From: Gammaproteobacteria bacterium
GTDB taxonomy: Bacteria; Pseudomonadota; Gammaproteobacteria; GCA-001735895
DNA length: 64,000 nucleotides
Direction of reading: 5' to 3'
NCBI GenBank assembly: GCA_014382695.1
Contig: JACNJF010000194.1
Span: 861 to 64,860 of the forward strand
In this document: positions 56,786 to 64,000 of the stretch, piece after piece
How positions within the stretch are numbered: position 1 is the stretch's first letter
Layout: the number at the start of each line of letters is the position of its first letter
Made by a program: the position numbers and the translations under genes
The notes under the pieces: generated by a model
What the model saw: the letters and a program-made list of their open reading frames with translations, nothing else
The model's database searches: none
Told to the model about the DNA's origin: nothing

Positions 56786-58369
56786 CTAGTTTTTAATCAG
56801 CTTCAGAACATCACTGTTTGAGATTAAGGCTATTGGCTGAAAGTTGATGTAACGCGGCATCTTGTTGAGCGTTTCGGTAACCTGAGCCTGGTCATCGAAC
56901 TGACCGCCGTAGATCAGGTTGTATTGATCTTTATCATCGATGAAGTAAGCCAGCTCCTGGGTAAAGTAGTGATTGTAACGTTGCGCTATTTCAAACAGTT
57001 CCTGCTTTTTGGCAACCGTGGCAACCTTGATGGAATACTTGTCAGGATTCAGTTTGACCAGCCATTGTGACCCATGAATGGTATTCTTCGAGCCAAAGTT
57101 ATACAGTGGTGCGAGATATTGAACGCGCCCATCCAGGCTTTCGACTTCATCGTTCATTGCTTTCATATCCTGCTGGATCAGCTGGGTTTTTTCCTGCAAA
57201 TCCTGTTGAACCTGATTCAGGTTTTTCTGTAACTCGATGATTTCAGAGTAAAATACCTGCGATGCCATCTGCTCATCCTGCACTCGACTCTCCAGCTGTG
57301 TGACCTGTTCGTTGATGACTTCATTATGCTGAACGGTAACCGCCTGTTGCGTATCACGTTGATATTCTGCGTAAAAAAAGATGGCGATCACGGCCAGCAA
57401 TAACAGTAAACTCGATGCCGCCAGTGCTTTGAAATGCTTTCTCTCCAGACTTGCCAGTGCCAGCAGGGTACGCGTCAGGGAACCGGTTTTGTCACTCAGG
57501 GTATCGATCTGTCCCTGTTGTTCGATATTCTGTTGCTGCAGACGCGCGGTATGTAATTCGAGTGCCTCCACATCTCCAGACAGCTTGCTGGTCAGTATAT
57601 CCAGGGTGTCGGTGGAGTCTTTCAGTGTTTCACTGTCTTCGATCAGTTTGGCAGAAACCGCTTCCAGAGAAGCGGCACGCTTTTCCAGTGCTGCATCGAC
57701 GCTTTGCATCAGCAGCATTTTTGCTTTCTGGCTATCAATCGCTTTATCAGCGGACTTTATCTTGCTGTCCAGCGTATCATCACGCTGTTGAGTCGACTGA
57801 GCGAGTTGCTCTAGTTCAGCGATAATTTTTACTTCCAGTGTAGTAATCGCCTTGCTGTTATCTTTGATGCTTTTGTTCAATTTGGTGCTGATTGTCGATA
57901 CTTTTTTGGATAAAGTTTCGGCACGCGCAATCAGATCCACATGCTGCTGTCTAAATTCGACATTGACTTCAGTCTGGCTTTGAATAGCTTCATTCAGCGC
58001 CTTGCTGGATGATTTTTCGAATGATTTGATCGCGCTGTTGACCGCTTTCAAATCGCTGCTCATCTTATTTGACTGCAGGTTTAATTCCTTAAAGGATGTT
58101 TCGATGATTCCTAGCTGCTTATAAGTGTCAGCTACTTTTTCAGACAGTCCTGCTTCCGATGTTGACAGGCGTTCGACATCGGTATTGATCTGTTTGTTGC
58201 TGCTATTGATTTTTTTATTCAGTTTGGCAATGGTAGCTTCCAGAGCCGACATCTGTTTATTAATTTCCATCACCTGTTTTTCCTTGCCGTTTTCCTGCAA
58301 TGGAACCAGATTACCTTTTGCCACAGGGGCATCGCTGACTTTATCCAGCTTTTTATTTTCTTGAGCCAT
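56786..58369 (-). CDS. bitopic coiled-coil protein with C-terminal SPOR domain (DamX-like)
   Basis: Long heptad-rich N-terminal region, one TM helix (LLLLLAVIAIFFYA), and a C-terminal region about 90 aa long with the SPOR-like pattern YSIKVATV...YNLIYGGQF. Confidence 0.6.
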   Translation of the reverse strand: MAQENKKLDKVSDAPVAKGNLVPLQENGKEKQVMEINKQMSALEATIAKLNKKINSSNKQINTDVERLSTSEAGLSEKVADTYKQLGIIETSFKELNLQSNKMSSDLKAVNSAIKSFEKSSSKALNEAIQSQTEVNVEFRQQHVDLIARAETLSKKVSTISTKLNKSIKDNSKAITTLEVKIIAELEQLAQSTQQRDDTLDSKIKSADKAIDSQKAKMLLMQSVDAALEKRAASLEAVSAKLIEDSETLKDSTDTLDILTSKLSGDVEALELHTARLQQQNIEQQGQIDTLSDKTGSLTRTLLALASLERKHFKALAASSLLLLLAVIAIFFYAEYQRDTQQAVTVQHNEVINEQVTQLESRVQDEQMASQVFYSEIIELQKNLNQVQQDLQEKTQLIQQDMKAMNDEVESLDGRVQYLAPLYNFGSKNTIHGSQWLVKLNPDKYSIKVATVAKKQELFEIAQRYNHYFTQELAYFIDDKDQYNLIYGGQFDDQAQVTETLNKMPRYINFQPIALISNSDVLKLIKN

Positions 58370-58535
58370 GGTTATTAACCCGTTAGTTAAATTGAATTCG
58401 ATAATTAGAATATTAGCATAATCTAATATATAATTAAAGGTGAATCACTACAGCCAGCAAGCGTTGTAGGCTACAATCGCGGATCAAATTATTCTGGATC
58501 ATTAAATTATGCACTTTAGTTTTTCAAGTTTTGGA

Positions 58536-58922
58536 ATGCGTTTTCTTTTTTCAACCATCCTCGTTTTTGCGACCTTCAATCCAGAGGGTTACTCCTATTT
58601 CCACTGGGTAAAATCCGTCTTTCCTTCGGTGACCATTGAGCAGGCTTTTGTGGGTGTTTTACTGATTATTGGCTGGGTTATCTACCTGCGCGCCACGTTC
58701 AGATCACTCGGCGTGATTGGATTGATGCTGGCCTTCGCCTTCTTTGGTCTGCTGCTGTTCATGTTGATCAAGTGGGGCTGGTTGTCACTGGATGCCACCA
58801 GAATGGTAAGCTATGTCATCGAGATTCTGATAGCGGTGGTTCTGGCGGTTGGTATGTCCTGGTCGCATATAAGACGCCGCCTGTCCGGTCAAATGGATAT
58901 GGATGATGTCGATCAGGATTAA
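58536..58922 (+). CDS. hypothetical small membrane protein (4 TM)
   Basis: ORF with 4 hydrophobic helices and an acidic C-terminus. The track start is at 58509. Confidence 0.45.
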   Translation: MRFLFSTILVFATFNPEGYSYFHWVKSVFPSVTIEQAFVGVLLIIGWVIYLRATFRSLGVIGLMLAFAFFGLLLFMLIKWGWLSLDATRMVSYVIEILIAVVLAVGMSWSHIRRRLSGQMDMDDVDQD

Positions 58923-58994
58923 ACCGGTTTTCCTTGCTAGTTCTATAAGTTACTTTTAAAATATAATATAACATAATGAAATTAAAGGTAATTT

Positions 58995-60968
58995 GTGTTT
59001 TGTAAAAAATGGAAGTTAACGACTAAACTGTACCCAAATCTACCGTTAACGGCTCCACTTTTAGCGTTGCTGATTTTTTTGTTATCGGCACCGGTTTTAG
59101 CCTCTATTTCGCCTGTTGAAAAGCAACGGCTTCTTTTTCAGCAGGCGGAAAATGCGCTGTCCGAAAATGATCTGAAACAGTTTGATGATTTGCTTGCAAA
59201 GTTGCATGACTATCCAGTGGTGGCCTACCTGGAATACGATGCCTTAAGTCTCCAGCTTAGCCACACAAACGCTGACGACGTGAAGCTTTTTCTTAACAAA
59301 CATGACGATTATCCTTTTCGCTACGCCTTACTCAGCAAATGGCTGGATTTACTGGCGTCGCGTAAAGACTGGGCTGGTTATCTGGATTTTTATGACGGCC
59401 GAAGTGCGACACGCTACAAATGTCTGGCCTTAACCGCCAGACTGGAGGTCGGTCAGATCGCTGATATCAATCAGGATATCGAAAAGCTGTGGTTGACCGG
59501 ATATTCACAGCCTGACGAGTGTGATATTCCATTCCAGCATTTTCTGCAAACCGGCGATGATGTATACGCTAGCGTGTGGACCCGAATCGAAAAAGCGTTT
59601 GAGGCGAGGCGACCTACGCTATCAACGTATCTGGCCAGAAATCTTTCGGCTGATGACCGTAAGCTGGTCGATGAATGGTATCAGGCACATCGGCATCCGC
59701 AACAGCGCCTGAGTGTACTGGCTGATTTCCCGGATACATTGATCAATCGAAAGATTATTGTGCATGCTATTCAGCGTTTGGCCCGTAAAAACAGCCTGCA
59801 AGCCAAACAGTACTGGGATCAGACTCGTGATTCTTTCCAGTTTTCAGCGCAGCAGGTCGCGCAAATCAATAAGCGCATCGCGCTTTCAGCCGCTTATCAG
59901 CATAAGGCTGAGTCAAAAGAGTTACTGGAGCAACTTCCCGTTGAACAAAAATCAGACAATGCGCATCTGTGGTTAGCCCGGATTTATTTGCGGGATGAAG
60001 ACTGGATCGGACTGATTAAAACGATCGAAGTCATGCCTGAGCACCTGCAGAAAGAGTCCGAGTGGGTTTACTGGCAGGCACGTGCGTATGACAAGGTTGG
60101 ACATCATGTGAAAGCGACCGAAACCTACCGCGGCCTGGCACAGAAAGGCAGCTACTACGGATTTCTGGCGGCTGATCGGATTGCGGTTAGCTATCAGATC
60201 AATCAGCAGCAGGCGGCAGATGAGGCTTCCTTTGATGAAAACTTGCTGCTGGCAAAAAGTGATCATCTGCTGCGCGCACGTGAGTTATTTTTCCTGAATC
60301 GATTACTCGATGCCCGGCGTGAGTGGTTTCAGGGAATCCGTAAGCTCAGTCAGCTGGAAATTCGTCAGGCGGCGAGTATGGCATCTAACTGGAAGTGGCA
60401 TGATAACGCGATCAAGACCGTTGCGAAAACCAGTCATCGAACTGATTACGACCTGCGCTTCCCCATGCCTTACCGCCAACTGATGGTCGAAAACGTGGAG
60501 CAAAATGGGCTGGATTTGTCCGTCATCTATGGCGTAATGCGCAGGGAAAGTCTGTTCGATCCGCTGGCAAAATCCAAAGTGGGCGCGCTTGGCCTTATGC
60601 AGCTGATGCCTTCTACGGCGCGCCATGTGGCCAAATCACTAGGCCTTAAAAAACCGGTTCAGTCTGATATTCTGAATATCGACAATAATATCCGCCTCGG
60701 CACCAGTTATTTTAAATCGGTACTGAAACGTTTCGATGATAATGTTTCTCTGGCGACAGCAGCCTATAATGCCGGCCCTGGAAACGTAAAAAAATGGTTG
60801 CCCGAAAAAGAGTCATTACCGGCCGATTTATGGGTTGAAACAGTGCCTTTTAAAGAGACCAGAAATTATATTCAGGCCGTGTTAGCGTATGCAACAATTT
60901 TTGATAAGCATCTGGGTAAAGAGGTCAATATCTCTAGCAGAATGGCGGATGTAAAGCCTGAGTATTGA
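58995..60968 (+). CDS. slt: soluble lytic murein transglycosylase
   Basis: Signal peptide, a superhelical N-terminal region, and a C-terminal lysozyme-like domain with MRRESLFDP and GLMQLMPSTA. Confidence 0.9.
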   Translation: MFCKKWKLTTKLYPNLPLTAPLLALLIFLLSAPVLASISPVEKQRLLFQQAENALSENDLKQFDDLLAKLHDYPVVAYLEYDALSLQLSHTNADDVKLFLNKHDDYPFRYALLSKWLDLLASRKDWAGYLDFYDGRSATRYKCLALTARLEVGQIADINQDIEKLWLTGYSQPDECDIPFQHFLQTGDDVYASVWTRIEKAFEARRPTLSTYLARNLSADDRKLVDEWYQAHRHPQQRLSVLADFPDTLINRKIIVHAIQRLARKNSLQAKQYWDQTRDSFQFSAQQVAQINKRIALSAAYQHKAESKELLEQLPVEQKSDNAHLWLARIYLRDEDWIGLIKTIEVMPEHLQKESEWVYWQARAYDKVGHHVKATETYRGLAQKGSYYGFLAADRIAVSYQINQQQAADEASFDENLLLAKSDHLLRARELFFLNRLLDARREWFQGIRKLSQLEIRQAASMASNWKWHDNAIKTVAKTSHRTDYDLRFPMPYRQLMVENVEQNGLDLSVIYGVMRRESLFDPLAKSKVGALGLMQLMPSTARHVAKSLGLKKPVQSDILNIDNNIRLGTSYFKSVLKRFDDNVSLATAAYNAGPGNVKKWLPEKESLPADLWVETVPFKETRNYIQAVLAYATIFDKHLGKEVNISSRMADVKPEY

Positions 60969-61039
60969 GCTGAAAATGGTTTTACACAAAAACGAATTTA
61001 GCGGTTAACTGCATCCATACTTTTAATGAGGGGCTGAAC

Positions 61040-61933
61040 ATGAAAAAGGGAATTGGCATACTATCCATTATCATACTTTTAACGCTACTATCCGCCTGTG
61101 CGGTACATCAGACCCGCACCAAAAGTAGTGTTGTTGATTACCTTTATCCCAAAACAGATACCATCGTGCAGCCATCTGTTCCAGTATTAAAGATTCCGGT
61201 TAGTGTCGGTATTGCGTTTGTTCCTGAGCAGGGTGTGCGAACAAATCAACCTGGACTATGGCCAGGACTGGGAAATTCAGGGATAACGGAATCGCAAAAA
61301 AATGAACTACTTGAAAAGGTCGCTGAAAATTTCCGTAAATATGAATTTGTCGGGAGTATCGAGGTCATTCCATCCGCCTATCTGACCGCTGAAGGCAGTT
61401 TCTCCAATCTGGAACAGATTAAAACGATGTACAACATCGATGTGATTGCGCTGGTTTCTTATGATCAGGTTCAGTTTACCGATGAAGGTCTGCTTTCCCT
61501 GACTTACTGGACGGTGGTAGGTGCTTATGTTGTAAATGGCGAAAAAAATGATACCAGCACTATGTTAGACACCGTCGTGATGGATATTAACAGTCGTAAA
61601 ATGCTGTTTAGAGCTCCGGGAACCAGTGATATAAAAGGCTCTTCCACGCTGATAAACTTATCTGAAAAACTAAGGATTGACCGCTTAAGTGGCTTCGCCG
61701 AAGCGACGGATAAGATGATCGTCAATCTGGATGAACAACTGGCGAGCTTTAAAGAAAAAATTAAAGCTAAACCCGAACAGGTGAAAATTACCTACAGTCC
61801 CGGTTACTCGGGATCTGGCGGTGGCGGCGGTGGAATTCTTAGTATGACCGATATCAGCGCTTTACTGTTATTGCTGTTGCTATCTTCCCACAGGAAAATG
61901 AATTTCAGCCGTAATCTGTCCAGGCTCGGATAA
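61040..61933 (+). CDS. lipoprotein with C-terminal Gly-run plus hydrophobic helix plus basic tail (rhombotail/GlyGly-CTERM-like)
   Basis: Lipobox LLSAC. The C-terminus is SGSGGGGGGILSMTDISALLLLLLLSSHRK. The local region is AT-rich. Confidence 0.5.
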   Translation: MKKGIGILSIIILLTLLSACAVHQTRTKSSVVDYLYPKTDTIVQPSVPVLKIPVSVGIAFVPEQGVRTNQPGLWPGLGNSGITESQKNELLEKVAENFRKYEFVGSIEVIPSAYLTAEGSFSNLEQIKTMYNIDVIALVSYDQVQFTDEGLLSLTYWTVVGAYVVNGEKNDTSTMLDTVVMDINSRKMLFRAPGTSDIKGSSTLINLSEKLRIDRLSGFAEATDKMIVNLDEQLASFKEKIKAKPEQVKITYSPGYSGSGGGGGGILSMTDISALLLLLLLSSHRKMNFSRNLSRLG

Positions 61934-62272
61934 ATGAACAGGGAGAATCTGCTGTTATATAACTCGTTCGCTTTTATGGTGGCCCTGAGCAATTTCAGGG
62001 CTATTGCTTTAACTGTAGTTCTACTCTTCCCGTTGATGGGGTCAGGATTAGCGCTTATTGCGCAGTTTCCGCTACAGATATTTCTTTTTATTCTGTTATC
62101 GCAAATAAGCCTGCTGACTTATTTGCTGATCACAGCAAATAGCAACAAACCTCATACCGTCAATCCAGAAATCCGATCTACCATTGGTAAGGGCTTTGGT
62201 TCTGCCTTTTTAGGTTCTGGCATGGCATCTACATTCACTTCACAAAATAAGGTAATTCATCATGGAAAATAA
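61934..62272 (+). CDS. hypothetical small membrane protein
   Basis: ORF starts immediately after the upstream stop. Two or three hydrophobic segments. Low GC. Confidence 0.3.
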   Translation: MNRENLLLYNSFAFMVALSNFRAIALTVVLLFPLMGSGLALIAQFPLQIFLFILLSQISLLTYLLITANSNKPHTVNPEIRSTIGKGFGSAFLGSGMASTFTSQNKVIHHGK

Positions 62273-62858
62273 AAGTACTAATGTTGTCTGGCATAACGCT
62301 ACCGTGACACGTACACGTCGTGAACAGAAAAATAACCACAAGGGAGCCTTATTCTGGTTCACCGGATTTTCCGGTTCTGGAAAATCAACTCTGGCGCATG
62401 CGGTGGAAGAACGTCTATATCTGAATGGTTATAATACTTACGTACTGGATGGAGACAATGTCAGGCATGGTTTATGTGCGGATCTGGCTTTTTCGGATAA
62501 CGACAGGAAAGAAAATATCCGCCGTATTAGCCATATGAGTAATCTGTTTGTGCAGGCAGGGGTGATCGTGCTCACTGCTTTCATTTCGCCTTTTAGAGTT
62601 GATCGTGACAATGCCCGAAAAATAGCGGGTAAAGACTTCCATGAAATTTTCTGTAATTGCAGCCTCGATGTATGTGAGACCAGAGATGTAAAAGGCCTCT
62701 ATAAAAAAGCCAGAGCCGGACAGATCCCCTTTTTTACCGGCATAGATTCACCTTACGAAGCACCGGAACATGCGGAACTGGTGACTAACACCGACGCCAA
62801 TCTTGAGCAGTCTATCGATCAGGTTTATGACTACATCATGTCGAACGTGAAAGTATGA
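62262..62858 (+). CDS. cysC: adenylyl-sulfate (APS) kinase
   Basis: P-loop GFSGSGKST and overall CysC length and similarity. Confidence 0.92.
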   Translation: MENKSTNVVWHNATVTRTRREQKNNHKGALFWFTGFSGSGKSTLAHAVEERLYLNGYNTYVLDGDNVRHGLCADLAFSDNDRKENIRRISHMSNLFVQAGVIVLTAFISPFRVDRDNARKIAGKDFHEIFCNCSLDVCETRDVKGLYKKARAGQIPFFTGIDSPYEAPEHAELVTNTDANLEQSIDQVYDYIMSNVKV

Positions 62859-62887
62859 GCTGTTAATTTTACGGTTTCTTTATTCTC

Positions 62888-64000
62888 ATGGGATCTCCTG
62901 CCTGGGGGCGCACTGAAAAGCCTCATTCAAATCGCAAAGACTGGGATAACATCAAACAGATGTTCCCGTTCATCTGGACCTATCGTGGGCGTGTATTATT
63001 GGCGCTGGCCAGTCTTATTATTTCAAAACTGGCGATGGTCGGCGTTCCCATTACGCTTAAATATATTGTTGATTCGCTGGATGGGAGCACCGGTCAGACC
63101 GTCGCTTTACCGATAGCACTCCTATTAGCCTATGGCATTTTACGATTTGTTAATTCAGGCTTTAACGAGTTAAGGGATGTTATTTTTGCGCGCGTGCGCT
63201 ATCACGCAATGCGTGAATTATCGGTTGCTGCCTTACAGCATCTGCATGATCTCTCCTTGCGCTTTCATCTTGAGCGTAATACCGGTGCTATTTCGCGTGA
63301 TCTGGAACGGGGGGCACAGAGTTTCAGTTCGATTTTAAACTATCTGGTGTTCAGTATTGTGCCAACCATTGCTGAATTCCTGCTGGTTGCGAGTATTCTG
63401 TTCGGTCAATACGATGTGCAGTTTGCTGTCACAGTATTCACTACGGTACTGTTTTATGTGCTATTCACTTTTCTGGTTACCGAATGGCGTATGCACCACC
63501 GGCATGAAATGAACGCTCTCGATTCCAGTGCCAATGGTAAGGCTATGGACAGTCTGATGAATTATGAAACAGTAAAGTACTTCAATAACGAACGGCATGA
63601 AATCGATCGTTATAAAAAAACCATGACAGGCTGGGAGGATGCGGCCGTTAAAAGCCAGACTACTATGTCAACCCTGAATTTTGGACAGGGTGCGATTATT
63701 GCGGTCGGTGTGACCATCGTTATGTTGTATGCGGCTCATGGTGTGGAGCAGGGGCAATTGTCGATCGGTGATCTAGTACTGATTAATACGATGATGCTAC
63801 AACTGTTCTTACCACTGGGTTTTCTTGGTATCGTTTATCGTTCATTAAAGTATGCTATGGCCGATATGGATATGGTGGTGAAGCTATTGAAAAAGCCTCT
63901 CGAAATTACCGATAGTCCGGCGGCTACTGAGCTTATTATCGATTCTGCCACCGTAGAGTTTGATCATGCCTGCTTTTCCTATAATGACGATCGTCAAATA
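62888..64000 (+). CDS. ABC transporter permease/ATPase, ATM1/HMT1-type exporter, N-terminal transmembrane domain; 3' end outside the window
   Basis: I translated this manually; it is not in the track because no stop falls within the window. Six-TM ABC-exporter transmembrane domain with no stop for more than 370 codons. The ATM1-like N-terminal region includes FPFIWTYRGRVLLALASL. Confidence 0.8.
   Translation, partial: MGSPAWGRTEKPHSNRKDWDNIKQMFPFIWTYRGRVLLALASLIISKLAMVGVPITLKYIVDSLDGSTGQTVALPIALLLAYGILRFVNSGFNELRDVIFARVRYHAMRELSVAALQHLHDLSLRFHLERNTGAISRDLERGAQSFSSILNYLVFSIVPTIAEFLLVASILFGQYDVQFAVTVFTTVLFYVLFTFLVTEWRMHHRHEMNALDSSANGKAMDSLMNYETVKYFNNERHEIDRYKKTMTGWEDAAVKSQTTMSTLNFGQGAIIAVGVTIVMLYAAHGVEQGQLSIGDLVLINTMMLQLFLPLGFLGIVYRSLKYAMADMDMVVKLLKKPLEITDSPAATELIIDSATVEFDHACFSYNDDRQI

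Noticed and set aside
61810-61830. Gly-codon run ggcggtggcggcggtgga as a possible slipped-strand phase-variation tract.
   Set aside because: It is not a homopolymer or perfect short-unit repeat. It simply encodes the Gly-run of the GlyGly-CTERM-like tail.

Overview
This is a 64-kb chromosomal segment of roughly 50% GC, most likely from a gammaproteobacterium. The housekeeping core is syntenic with E. coli: aat, trxB, ftsK, lolA, rarA; sdhCDAB followed by sdhE and a ygfX/cptA-like gene; iscR-iscS-iscU; maeB, pldA, fumC, cysG, cysC, slt, yqjG, yaiI and yceI. Between these blocks sit three kinds of accessory content: (1) a dense c-di-GMP and phosphorelay cluster at 2.2-19.8 kb with four large multidomain GGDEF/EAL/HK/REC proteins; (2) a tightly coupled four-gene operon at 36.6-40.6 kb encoding a Sel1-repeat protein, a MoxR/AAA_5 ATPase, an HExxH metallopeptidase-like plus VWA protein and an orphan all-alpha protein, which is the best candidate here for an undescribed system, lying immediately upstream of cysG-HPP-SulP; and (3) several uncharacterised units: an orphan Cas6-like protein next to tusE with no CRISPR array, a beta-propeller lipoprotein with an LMF/HTTM-like membrane protein, an orphan 386-aa protein with a small acidic partner, and a rhombotail-like dual-anchor lipoprotein. 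I found no rRNA or tRNA genes, no transposase or integrase, and no CRISPR array. Regulatory features I can support are three rho-independent terminators, an IscR type-1 palindrome upstream of iscR, a perfect 10-bp inverted repeat upstream of sulP, and a 12-bp hairpin that sequesters the RBS and start codon of a membrane-protein gene.
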